This document shows positions 9,521-18,682 of a DNA stretch of 33,865 nucleotides, one piece after another. A program made the translations under genes and the position numbers. This stretch comes from Thiohalobacter sp. (lineage in GTDB: Bacteria > Pseudomonadota > Gammaproteobacteria > DSM-19610). The first letter of the stretch is position 1; the number at the start of each line of letters is the position of its first letter. A model generated the notes under the pieces. It searched no databases. It had not been told where the DNA came from and was given only the letters and a program-made list of their open reading frames with translations. The stretch covers positions 1 to 33,865 of the forward strand of contig JALWRY010000496.1 of assembly GCA_027080445.1 (NCBI GenBank). The letters are read 5' to 3'.

Positions 9521-10953
9521 ATCATTGCACGTCCACTCAGGGCCTGTACCCTGAACATGACGTCAGATACCGGTTCGATATGGATCTCGTTCCTGTAACC
9601 GAGCAGTTGCTGAAACCGCGCCATACGACCGCGAATATCGTCGAGGGGAAGCGCCGGGTAACGATGCAGCTGGTACTCGGGTTTGTTATGCGAGCCGGGC
9701 AGGTGTGATTTCACCCGCCGGGCCAGATCAAGCCCCCTGGCCAGTATCCAGCGTTGCAACCCGCCGGAAAGGGATGACGATGAAGAATCATCGGGGTACT
9801 TCTCCAGGCTCTCCAGCACGCGCACCATCCTTTCGCAGGCCAGCGGGCCGTCCTGGGCCTCCAGATAACGGTCAACCAACGACTGGCGCTCTGCGCCTGC
9901 CGGTGGCCCAAGTTCACCCCGCAGCACGCTGTCCAGCGTCTGCTTCAACTCATCAAAACTGAAACACTCGTGGCTGAGCCCGTTGGGCAGGCGATAAAAA
10001 CCTGTGTCATAGTCTTCATTGACCACTGCCCGGTAGCTAATGGCCGGCACATCCATCACAAAAGCCTCGACGGCCGTGGTGCAGCCGTTGTGGACCAGTG
10101 CCTTCGCCGCCATCAACCAGGGGACAACATTCCCCTCATTGGTCACCCGGACACGCTGGCAACGGGCGGCGATCTCCCGGTAGACATGATGATTCTCGGT
10201 CGGGTGGGGTCGCACCACGATAGTATGGGCGGGGAATGCCGCCTCCAGCGCCGGGATGAGCGCTTTAAACCGCTCGAACACGGCAAGCTTGTGTTCATAT
10301 AAACCCTTGGCGTATTCCCGGCTCATACCCCGGGCCGCGCGACCGAAACGGGCTTTCTCGCCAGGCTTTTTCACCGGCCTGAACAGATTAATGTCCGCAC
10401 CAAACGCATTTACATGATTGAAGTTGGTATTGATCAGGATAAAATCACCGTACTTCTCCCGCAGCGCTTCGGCATCATGCTCGTAATAGGTGCGGATCTC
10501 GGTTCGCAGCATATCGCCACGCGGATTTCCGACCGCGTGTATCGGCGTCTCTTTCGGTGTATGCGGGTATTGCCGCCACAGATCAACATTGTCCTGGCCC
10601 CAGGCAAACAGGCTCAGCACATACTTGATCGTCGCCGCATCGAGTCGTCGCGAGAAATAGGTCTTCGGTGGCAGGTGTACCAGTGCCTCCTCGTCCCAGG
10701 CAACGATTTTATGGCCAAAGCGCCGCGCAATGCGGAAAAACAGCAGGCTGCGAATCGTCATGCTCTTGGACAGGTAGATGGCGCGGGGAAAGGCATCGAT
10801 ATTAAATTCCATCTCCCGACGTGAACCGACAATCGATGAAAACCCGTGCTTTGCGGCGACACAGGCAAGCAACAGCTTGGGGTCCAGTTCGCGAACCTGA
10901 TTTTCGACAGGAATCAACAGTAATGGACGTGTTCCGTTCATCATCGATGTCAA
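9517..10953 (-). CDS. Surface carbohydrate biosynthesis protein (TIGR04396-like, GT-B-like), paralog 1
   Basis: Same motif set as the neighbouring ORF. Start is TTG 10953 or ATG 10944/10941. Confidence 0.7.
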   Translation of the reverse strand: MTSMMNGTRPLLLIPVENQVRELDPKLLLACVAAKHGFSSIVGSRREMEFNIDAFPRAIYLSKSMTIRSLLFFRIARRFGHKIVAWDEEALVHLPPKTYFSRRLDAATIKYVLSLFAWGQDNVDLWRQYPHTPKETPIHAVGNPRGDMLRTEIRTYYEHDAEALREKYGDFILINTNFNHVNAFGADINLFRPVKKPGEKARFGRAARGMSREYAKGLYEHKLAVFERFKALIPALEAAFPAHTIVVRPHPTENHHVYREIAARCQRVRVTNEGNVVPWLMAAKALVHNGCTTAVEAFVMDVPAISYRAVVNEDYDTGFYRLPNGLSHECFSFDELKQTLDSVLRGELGPPAGAERQSLVDRYLEAQDGPLACERMVRVLESLEKYPDDSSSSSLSGGLQRWILARGLDLARRVKSHLPGSHNKPEYQLHRYPALPLDDIRGRMARFQQLLGYRNEIHIEPVSDVMFRVQALSGRAMI

Positions 10954-10954
10954 C

Positions 10955-12913
10955 CTAGGAAGCCGCTTCCAGTAATTGATCCGGCTTGTCCTTCATGGCC
11001 AGCAGGATGCGTACCGCCAGTTTGTCACCACTCAGGCCATGGTAATCCAGCACCTCCAGGGGTGTTCCGCATGCCGGATGATTATCGACCGCGAACTTGA
11101 GCAACGGCCTGCCGCGCAGCAGCTCAGATGACATCAACGCATTCAGCAGCGCATCACCAAGTCCACCGTAACCGGCATGATCATCCAGTACAAATACGCT
11201 TTCTGTATCGCCGATGACCGTTTCCAGCCAGTCAACATCAACCCGGTTGAGCCAGGGCATATTGATGACCTTTAATGAAAACCCGTGCGACTTTAAACGT
11301 TCCGCCGCTGTCAGCGCCTCGTTCAACATCACCGGACCGTAGCTGAACAGGACAGCGTCATCCCCTTCATTCAACACCGTGCCCTGCCCAAAGGTGAAAC
11401 GGCCATCTTCTGCGACAGGGATCACACCCGGCGACGGACCGATCACCAGGCGTATCATGCAACTCTGTTGCGCTTCATTCACACACCAGCGCAAGGCCTG
11501 GCGGGTTTCGACCTCATTACCGGGTTCAAGGATGATGCAGTCCGGCAAGGCGCCGAACAGGGAGATATCCCGCAGGCTCTGGTGCGACTTGCCCGGCCCG
11601 GCCGGAATCAGTCCGGCGTAATGACACACATAGATAATTTTTGTTTTTTCCGTTGCATTGTTATAGATCTGTTCGTTGGAGCGCGAGGCAAGGAACACCC
11701 CGAAGGAATTCACTATGGGCAGGCAGCCATTCAGCGCCAACCCCCCCGCCGTGGACACCATATCCTGTTCGGCAATACCGCTTTCGATAAACCTGTCCGG
11801 GAAGGCATTTTCGAAGGGCCGTAAACCACAGTCGGCGGAAAGATCCGCATCCATAACCACGATATCCTGTCTTTCCCGCCCCAGTTCAAGCAGCGCCTTG
11901 CCATAGGCGGTGACCACCTTGTCCGCCCGGTCTTTTAGCCTCACGCGGTTTCTCTCGCGACGATCAATGACCTCGGTAGCCAGTTCGCCCAGACCGAAAG
12001 CATCCAGCTGCGCGTTGATGCGTGCGGCGATTTCTGCATAGGCTGTTTCAAATGCCTCATCGTCCGGCGCACCGGAATGCCAGGGATACAGACCGTTTCC
12101 GGCTTTCAGGGCCGCAGGTCCTTCCATGAAGGAAACGCCCTTGCCCTTGATGGTGTCAGCAATCAACACTTTCGGCTTGTCACTGACCTGCCGGAATTCG
12201 GTGAAGACGCGTTCCAGTTCCGCAAAGTCGTGGCCATCACAACGCGCTGTATGCCAGCCGAAAGTCTCGAATTTTCTCTCCAGCTCACCAAGATCGATGA
12301 TCGCTTCCACCGGCTTGTCGGACTGAATCCTGTTCATATCAACAATGGCGGTAATATTGTTGACCGACTGGTGGGCCGTGGTCTGCAGTGATTCCCAGAC
12401 CTGCCCTTCCTGCAACTCGCCATCACCGGTCATCACGAATACCTGTCCGCCGGCGCCTTGCAGTTTTTTCGCCAGCGCCATGCCCTTGGCCTTGGATATT
12501 CCCATACCCAGTGATCCCGAGTTGGTCTCTATGCCGGGCAGGCTGACATCCGGGTGACCGTGTGTACCACCGAGCCGACGCAGGTTGATAAACAGCTCTT
12601 TGGGCAGGATGCCCAACGAATACAGGACCGCGTAGTACGCGGGCGCATCGTGGCCCTTGGAAGAAAAATAGATATCGCGGTCCGGGTGGTCGAATCCCAG
12701 CTCAAGGGTATTCATACCGGCATGGTAGAGCCAGGCAACGATATCCAGCGAGCTTAAACTGGAACCCAGGTGTCCCGAACCTGCCCGTTTGACAGTGGCC
12801 AGCGTATTGGCGCGACACATATCCGCCAGCAGGCGGAGCGTGTCATGTGCATCCAGGCCGCTTTCGCGTACCCGCTGAAATTCATTTGCCGCAATAAGTT
12901 TTATTTCTAGCAT
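10955..12913 (-). CDS. Single-chain transketolase-like ThDP-dependent enzyme
   Basis: GHLGSSLS, SKGH, GHPD, GSLGMG, ThDP-binding GDGELQEG...N, TIKGKG, GIAEQDM, SHQ, and a C-terminal transketolase domain. Confidence 0.85.
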   Translation of the reverse strand: MLEIKLIAANEFQRVRESGLDAHDTLRLLADMCRANTLATVKRAGSGHLGSSLSSLDIVAWLYHAGMNTLELGFDHPDRDIYFSSKGHDAPAYYAVLYSLGILPKELFINLRRLGGTHGHPDVSLPGIETNSGSLGMGISKAKGMALAKKLQGAGGQVFVMTGDGELQEGQVWESLQTTAHQSVNNITAIVDMNRIQSDKPVEAIIDLGELERKFETFGWHTARCDGHDFAELERVFTEFRQVSDKPKVLIADTIKGKGVSFMEGPAALKAGNGLYPWHSGAPDDEAFETAYAEIAARINAQLDAFGLGELATEVIDRRERNRVRLKDRADKVVTAYGKALLELGRERQDIVVMDADLSADCGLRPFENAFPDRFIESGIAEQDMVSTAGGLALNGCLPIVNSFGVFLASRSNEQIYNNATEKTKIIYVCHYAGLIPAGPGKSHQSLRDISLFGALPDCIILEPGNEVETRQALRWCVNEAQQSCMIRLVIGPSPGVIPVAEDGRFTFGQGTVLNEGDDAVLFSYGPVMLNEALTAAERLKSHGFSLKVINMPWLNRVDVDWLETVIGDTESVFVLDDHAGYGGLGDALLNALMSSELLRGRPLLKFAVDNHPACGTPLEVLDYHGLSGDKLAVRILLAMKDKPDQLLEAAS

Positions 12914-13686
12914 TGTTTCGATTGCCCCTTTAACAAATACGGGAAGTCAGTAACGGACGGCAGTTCAGCCTGACAGGTGTCGACAAGGTACTCAGCCAGA
13001 CCCCAGTCGTACTCGGTGTTGACATCAAGACCTTCATAGCCCTCGGTAAAAAATGGCATCAGCACGTCACCGGCGATACTGCCCTGTTCAAACACCACAC
13101 GTGACCAGGCAATCTCCAGGCTGGCATTCTGTACATACACTTCAGGCAGCGCCGGGTACTGACTGCTGTGCCATGGCAGACCGGAGGAACGCAATGGCAT
13201 CAGCGGAACCATGCGCTTGCCCTGGAGCACCCACATCTTGCCGGGGTGCTGCTGGCATTTCTCGACAGCCCGCAACGAATCGATACCGCTTTCTGCACGG
13301 AAAGCCTGCCAGGCGCGCTGAATCGTCTGCGGCAGGCGAAAAGGACTGGTTGGACGCAGGATACTGAAACAGTCATATTCACGGCCTTCGGCCTTCAGCC
13401 TGTCCAGCGTATAGGCCAGCCAGCCAATATCCGGGGAAACATCGCCCGCGAACCGCTCCGGGCGCAGGAAAGGAACCTCCGCGCCATAGTGCCGGGCGAT
13501 CCCGGCGTAGTACTCCGAATCCGTGGAAACAATCACATCGGAAAAAATACCGCTCTGCAAGGCGGCCGAAATCGTGTAGGCGATCATGGGATGTCCTGAC
13601 AGATCGCGGATATTCTTGTCCGCGACCCGTTTTGAACCCGCCCTCGCCGGGATCAAGGCTACGACATTGTGATCTGTTTCTGTCAT
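12907..13686 (-). CDS. Acylneuraminate cytidylyltransferase family (NeuA-like CMP-ulosonate synthetase)
   Basis: IPARAGSKRVADKN, VSTDS, VPFLRP, LRPTSPFR, QNAS and DVNTEYD. Confidence 0.9.
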   Translation of the reverse strand: MTETDHNVVALIPARAGSKRVADKNIRDLSGHPMIAYTISAALQSGIFSDVIVSTDSEYYAGIARHYGAEVPFLRPERFAGDVSPDIGWLAYTLDRLKAEGREYDCFSILRPTSPFRLPQTIQRAWQAFRAESGIDSLRAVEKCQQHPGKMWVLQGKRMVPLMPLRSSGLPWHSSQYPALPEVYVQNASLEIAWSRVVFEQGSIAGDVLMPFFTEGYEGLDVNTEYDWGLAEYLVDTCQAELPSVTDFPYLLKGQSKQC

Positions 13687-13688
13687 GG

Positions 13689-15161
13689 CTAAACCAGGCC
13701 CGGATCAATATTGATGTAGATGTCTTTCAGTTCGGAGTACACATCGAGCGCCTCGGGACCCGGCTCACGCGAGCCGTTGCCCGATTGCTTCAGGCCGCCA
13801 AACGGCATGTGCGGTTCGCTACCGTGCGTGCCGCCGTTAACGACAGCCACACCGGCCTGAATCTTCCGGGTGAACTCGGTGGCGCGGTGAATACTGCGTG
13901 TATGAATGGCGGCTGTCAGGCCATAGGGCGAGTCATTCGCCATGTGCAGGGCCTGTGCAAAATCTCTGGCCCGGTAAAGGCAGGTAATCGGACCAAACAG
14001 TTCCGTCACAGAGATTTCATCATGGGGGTCGACATTCTCGATAATCGTCGGCGCCATGTAGAAACCCTTTGCATGTGCCTCATCGTCCAGCCTGTGTCCG
14101 CCGAGGCTTATCGATGCACCGGCCTGCCTGGCCCTTTCGACAACAGCCAGCATGTTGTTGAGCTGTTTCTCGTTTATGACCGGCCCGAGGTCGTCACTGT
14201 CATCGGGACCGAGTTTGAGCGACCGGGCACGTTCTACAAGGCTGTTACGGAACTGGTCATAAACGGCATCAAAAACGATAATGCGACTCGCCGCTGCACA
14301 GCGTTGGCCGGCATTACTGAAAGCGGCAAGCAGCGTCCAGTTCACAGCCTTATCCAGGTCGGCATCGTCACAGACCAGCAAGGGATTCTTGCCACCCAGT
14401 TCAAGCGATACCTTCACCAGCCGCTCACCGGCTGTTTTGGCAATGCGTCGTCCCACGGCAGTAGAACCGGTGAAACTGATGACATCCACACCGGAACTGG
14501 CCGCCAGTGGCGCACCGGCTTCCTCACCCAGCCCCTGGATAATATTGAGCACACCATCAGGCAGACCGGCTTCTTCCGCAATCAGGCCGAATAACCAGGC
14601 GGTAGCCGGCGTATCCTCGGCCGCTTTAAGCACCACGGCATTGCCACAGATCAGCGCCGGAAAGACTTTCCAGGCAATGTTGGCGATCGGTGTATTGGCG
14701 GCGATAATCAACCCCGCTACGCCCATAGGCTGGCGTATGATGCTGGCGTACTTGTCCGGTATTGCGCTGGTCGTGGTACGTCCATAAAAGCGTCGCCCTT
14801 CCCCGGCCATGAACTCACCCTGCGCAATAGCTGCAGCCGTTTCACCCGTGGCGGCCGAAAAACTCATGCCGGTTTCCAGGGCAACCATCCCGGCAATATC
14901 ATCCTGGTAACTCCGCATCAGATGCGCAATGGTGTGCAACACCTCGCCCCGTTGTACCGGGCCCAGCCCGGCCCAGCCCGGCTGGGCATCTCTTGCCACC
15001 TGGATGGCCTGTTCAACATCAACCGCCGATGAGCGGCTTGCCCCGAACAGTTTCCCGCCGCTGTGAGGAGACAGCTTGTCAAACACCCTGCCGGACTGCG
15101 CATCGCTTTGCTCGCCATTGATCCAGTTGGGAATGATTGCAGGAATTAAATCGGTGAACAT
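13689..15161 (-). CDS. NAD(P)-dependent aldehyde dehydrogenase
   Basis: FTGSTAVG, catalytic Glu in LELGGKNP, catalytic Cys in NAGQRC, ELFGP and PFGGLKQSG. Start reassigned to ATG 15161 (MFTDLIP) because the longer ORF overlaps the SDR gene. Confidence 0.9.
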   Translation of the reverse strand: MFTDLIPAIIPNWINGEQSDAQSGRVFDKLSPHSGGKLFGASRSSAVDVEQAIQVARDAQPGWAGLGPVQRGEVLHTIAHLMRSYQDDIAGMVALETGMSFSAATGETAAAIAQGEFMAGEGRRFYGRTTTSAIPDKYASIIRQPMGVAGLIIAANTPIANIAWKVFPALICGNAVVLKAAEDTPATAWLFGLIAEEAGLPDGVLNIIQGLGEEAGAPLAASSGVDVISFTGSTAVGRRIAKTAGERLVKVSLELGGKNPLLVCDDADLDKAVNWTLLAAFSNAGQRCAAASRIIVFDAVYDQFRNSLVERARSLKLGPDDSDDLGPVINEKQLNNMLAVVERARQAGASISLGGHRLDDEAHAKGFYMAPTIIENVDPHDEISVTELFGPITCLYRARDFAQALHMANDSPYGLTAAIHTRSIHRATEFTRKIQAGVAVVNGGTHGSEPHMPFGGLKQSGNGSREPGPEALDVYSELKDIYINIDPGLV

Positions 15162-15180
15162 CAGAATAATCCGTCTGTGA

Positions 15181-16014
15181 CTACCAGGCAGTAAAACCAC
15201 CGTCGACCACCAGTTCCGTACCGGTAACGTATGACGATGCACCTGATGCGAGGAACAACAAGGGACCGCACAGGTCATGGTTGACCGCCATCCTTCCCAT
15301 GGGTACCCGGTGGCAAAATTTCGCCCTGAAGATTTCATCCTGCCCGCCCAGCACACCACCTGGCGACAGGGCATTGACCCGCACACCATGTGGCGCCCAG
15401 TGTGTCGCCAGGTAGCGGGTCAGGTTGACAACGGCCGCCTTGGATGCACCGTAAGCCGGGGGTTTAATAAAAGGCGGATCATCCTGTATGTGGTCATAAA
15501 ATCGCACATCGGGTGAAACACCGGCATACAGCGAGCCGATATTAATGATTGAGCCATGGCCGGCCCGCAACATGGGTTTGCCGAATACCTGGCTGGTCAG
15601 GAAAAGCCCCAGTGTATTCACCTCCAGTATCTCGCGGTTTTCCTCCAGGGGAATATCTTCCAGCCGGTAGCCGGTTTCCGTGCTGGCAGGCGGTCGATCA
15701 ATACCGGCGTTATTCACCAGGATCGAGGGAACGCCCAAAGTAGCCATACACGCTTCGCAAGCCTCTTCCAGTACGGCGCGTTCGCGAATGTCTGTACGCT
15801 GCAGTCTGAGATGCGTTTCATCGAAGCGCGCCTGCAGGCCGAGAAAATCTTCGGATACCGGCGTACCCGGCAAATCCAGGGCAAATACCCGCGCACCGGC
15901 TTCAAGCAATGCTTCGATCCAGACGGAACCAAGCCTGCCCAGTGCGCCGGTGACAACGGCAATATCAGACTCCAGGCTGAAGAGCTTGTTCAGGAGGCGG
16001 CCAGTTGCTGCCAA
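15181..16014 (-). CDS. Short-chain dehydrogenase/reductase, PtmA-like
   Basis: TGALGRLG, NNAG, NIGSLY, YGASK, RVNALSPGG and VDGG. The SP...Y insertion before YxxxK resembles Campylobacter PtmA-type SDRs of nonulosonate loci. TTG start uncertain. Confidence 0.85.
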   Translation of the reverse strand: MAATGRLLNKLFSLESDIAVVTGALGRLGSVWIEALLEAGARVFALDLPGTPVSEDFLGLQARFDETHLRLQRTDIRERAVLEEACEACMATLGVPSILVNNAGIDRPPASTETGYRLEDIPLEENREILEVNTLGLFLTSQVFGKPMLRAGHGSIINIGSLYAGVSPDVRFYDHIQDDPPFIKPPAYGASKAAVVNLTRYLATHWAPHGVRVNALSPGGVLGGQDEIFRAKFCHRVPMGRMAVNHDLCGPLLFLASGASSYVTGTELVVDGGFTAW

Positions 16015-17069
16015 CGCTCTGCACCATTCAGCTTCTCGAAGGAAATATCCTCATCTTCCGCCATTGGCTGGCAGGTGACCCGACCAATGACCTTGTCCAT
16101 ATCATAGGGCGGCAAACCATCCCCCGGCGATTTGATCGCCAGGTCTTCGCGCCGCAGCGTGTGCCCTTCCGGCAGGTCGCGCGCGGCTACCAGCTTCTTG
16201 CCCATTTTAATGATCGGTTCGACTTCACTCTCGTAAGTACGTTTGACGCCGTCACCGATCGCCACCTTCAAACGACTCAAATCACGAACCAGCTTGCGGA
16301 ATCCGCCTGGCTCAAGTGAAAAGGCATGGTCCGTACCCTTCCAGGTATGGTTAAAGGTGAAATGCTTTTCAACAATCCTCGCGCCCAGCATAAAGGCGGC
16401 GATCGCCATGGCGATACCGTTGTCGTGTGATGACAGACCAATGGTGGCATGGGGAAAACGTTCACGGAATGTTGTGATCACACGAAGATTCAGCTCCTCG
16501 AATTCTGCCGGGTAACCTGCAGTGCACTGTAGAATGCCGAGCCTGGGGTTGATTGGCATGATGGCGTCGTAGGCCCGGTTGACATCATCCATGGAGCCAC
16601 CGCCGGTACTGACTATCATGGGCTTTCCAAACGCGGCAATATGGGTCAGCAGGGGTATGTTTTTCAGGTCTCCCGAGGCCACCTTGAAAGCCGGTATATC
16701 GAGCTTCGCCAGGAAATCCGCGCTGGGGATATCAAAGGCCGTCGCAATCACCGTAACGCCGATTTCCCTGGCGTAGTCCAGTAACTCACGGTATTCACTC
16801 CAGCCGAATTCCAGAAACTCACGGTGCTCACCGTAGGTTTTTCCGAAACTGTTCTCGTTCTCGTAAGGCTTGTTATAGCTCGCCTTTGTGTACAGGCTGC
16901 GGTTGTCGCGTTTCTGCAACTTCACTGCATTCGCACCACATTCCCTTGCCACACGAAACATCTCCATGGCGGTTTCCAGCTTGCCCTGATGATTATTTCC
17001 AATTTCCGCAATGACATAACACCCGCCATCATCCTGGATGTTTACGCCATCGATTGAGAGTTTCCGCAT
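15990..17069 (-). CDS. N-acetylneuraminate synthase family (NeuB) with C-terminal SAF/antifreeze domain; NANS/Kdn-9-P synthase-like
   Basis: IAEIGNNHQG, KLQKR, SFGKTYGEHREFLEF, KVASGD, VSTG, LQCTAGYP, GLSSHD, EKHFT, GTDH and KSPGDGLPP. Confidence 0.92.
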   Translation of the reverse strand: MRKLSIDGVNIQDDGGCYVIAEIGNNHQGKLETAMEMFRVARECGANAVKLQKRDNRSLYTKASYNKPYENENSFGKTYGEHREFLEFGWSEYRELLDYAREIGVTVIATAFDIPSADFLAKLDIPAFKVASGDLKNIPLLTHIAAFGKPMIVSTGGGSMDDVNRAYDAIMPINPRLGILQCTAGYPAEFEELNLRVITTFRERFPHATIGLSSHDNGIAMAIAAFMLGARIVEKHFTFNHTWKGTDHAFSLEPGGFRKLVRDLSRLKVAIGDGVKRTYESEVEPIIKMGKKLVAARDLPEGHTLRREDLAIKSPGDGLPPYDMDKVIGRVTCQPMAEDEDISFEKLNGAERWQQLAAS

Positions 17070-17218
17070 CGCTTTACTGCTCCTTCACAGCACCTGTGTT
17101 GGCGCCGGAGTATACGCATCGGCACCCGGGTTTGAATCATCCCCCGGTGTCGAGCGACATCATCCAGCGACACATCGTATGCTTTGTCGCAATACGCGCC
17201 ACGATGAGGGAACGATAA

Positions 17219-18142
17219 TTGGGCCGCCTGCTTTTCCGTAAACTGTCACCCCGTTCACGCTGGCTGCAAACTGTCGGCCAGTATGGAGAAGGCGCTTTCC
17301 TCTACCTGTTCTGGCTGATCTCGCGTCAGCTGTCCCCGGAACACGCCTCGGCATGCGGGCACAGGCTGATCCGCTGGCTGGGTCCGAAAACACACAAACA
17401 CCGACAAATAAACCGCAACCTGCAACTCGCTTTCCCTGAACTGGATGACGGACAGCGTGAATCCCTGGCACTTGATATCTGGGGGAACTTCGGGGCGGTA
17501 ATGGCCGAATACCCTCACCTGCGCACGATTACAGCCGGGGGCTCACCGCCTTTTGTTGACCGGGTAATCGACCGGTCGGCATGCAAAATACTGGAAAGCA
17601 GGCAGCCCGCGATCTACGTCACCGCGCATATCGGCAATTGGGAACTGGTGGGATCAACCATCACCCACCTGGGTATACCGTTCAGCGTGCTATACAGCCC
17701 GCAACCCAACCCGGTACTGGAACGCATGATCCAGCAGCAACGTAACTTGCCCGGTTATCACTTTATTTCCAAAACCAACGGGATACGCCAACTGGTACGC
17801 CACATGCGCGCCGGTCACTCGATCGGTATGTTGTCTGACCAGCGGGTGGACAGTGGGAAACCGGTGCCTTTCTTTGGCCATAACGCCTGGACAACGACCA
17901 GCCCCGCCTCGCTGGCGCTGAAACTCAACTGCCCGCTGATACCCGTGCAGATAGAACGCACGGGCAATGCCCGTTTTCGCGCAATTTTCCACCGCCCGCT
18001 CATCAACGGCAGCGAAACAGACCGGGAGAAAAATCCTGTGGAGATTACCGCTGAACTGAATCACCTGTTCGAGCACTGGATTCGCCAGCAGCCGGGGCAG
18101 TGGGCGTGCATCAAACGCCGCTGGAACACTGTCACGCCATAA
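17219..18142 (+). CDS. Lipid A late acyltransferase (LpxL/HtrB family)
   Basis: NLQLAFPE, catalytic H(x)4E in AHIGNWE, DQ, VPFFG and PGQWACIKRRW. Confidence 0.88.
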   Translation: MGRLLFRKLSPRSRWLQTVGQYGEGAFLYLFWLISRQLSPEHASACGHRLIRWLGPKTHKHRQINRNLQLAFPELDDGQRESLALDIWGNFGAVMAEYPHLRTITAGGSPPFVDRVIDRSACKILESRQPAIYVTAHIGNWELVGSTITHLGIPFSVLYSPQPNPVLERMIQQQRNLPGYHFISKTNGIRQLVRHMRAGHSIGMLSDQRVDSGKPVPFFGHNAWTTTSPASLALKLNCPLIPVQIERTGNARFRAIFHRPLINGSETDREKNPVEITAELNHLFEHWIRQQPGQWACIKRRWNTVTP

Positions 18143-18154
18143 CCGTGACCTGGT

Positions 18155-18646
18155 CTAGCCGAATACCCGCCGGTAGACCGGCAGCAGTCGCTTCAGTAAC
18201 GGTTCTATTCTCCTGTACAGGCCGAGGGATTCAACATCCAGCCCATCGAGAAAATTCTTTACCTCCAGTCCCAGTTCCGTATCCCCCTGCGTCACCAGCC
18301 GGCGCTGGAACACCAGGGTATCCGGGTCTTCTTCACCGCTGATCAGCGCCAGGAAGTCGTAGACGGTCCCGGCGATAGACAGATCGCAGGTTCTGCGCTG
18401 ATGGCAGGCCATCAGACGGTTTCCGTCAAAGGTGAGTCCAATCGTCATGCCTGCGTCGCAGATCCTGATGGCTAGCGTGCGATTTTCCAGGAAATCCAGG
18501 TCACCGTCGCGCATTGGCTCATCAAGGGCCTTGTTGAGTACACGTGCCAGAAAGTGAGAATGTAGCGGGTCGGGCAACAGGGACAGGGGCGCCGCAAGCT
18601 GGCGGGGTAACCGGGGCGAGGTATTATTTGCGTGATCAGGCGTCAT
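18155..18646 (-). CDS. ubiT: Anaerobic ubiquinone biosynthesis accessory factor UbiT (SCP2 domain)
   Basis: GDLDFLE, EDPDTLVFQRRL and GDTELGLEVKNFLD signature. Start chosen at ATG 18646 from the promoter position; alternative 18679. Confidence 0.9.
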   Translation of the reverse strand: MTPDHANNTSPRLPRQLAAPLSLLPDPLHSHFLARVLNKALDEPMRDGDLDFLENRTLAIRICDAGMTIGLTFDGNRLMACHQRRTCDLSIAGTVYDFLALISGEEDPDTLVFQRRLVTQGDTELGLEVKNFLDGLDVESLGLYRRIEPLLKRLLPVYRRVFG

Positions 18647-18682
18647 GGTTGGAATACTATAGCCATTCGCCGCAACCATCCT

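Noticed and set aside
10955-12913. Housekeeping dxs or tktA
   Set aside because: It is embedded and coupled within a glycan operon and resembles fused two-subunit transketolase-like enzymes, so no gene symbol was assigned.
15162-15389. N-terminal 76 aa of the 566-aa ALDH ORF
   Set aside because: It overlaps the SDR gene in another frame; ALDH-like sequence starts at MFTDLIP.
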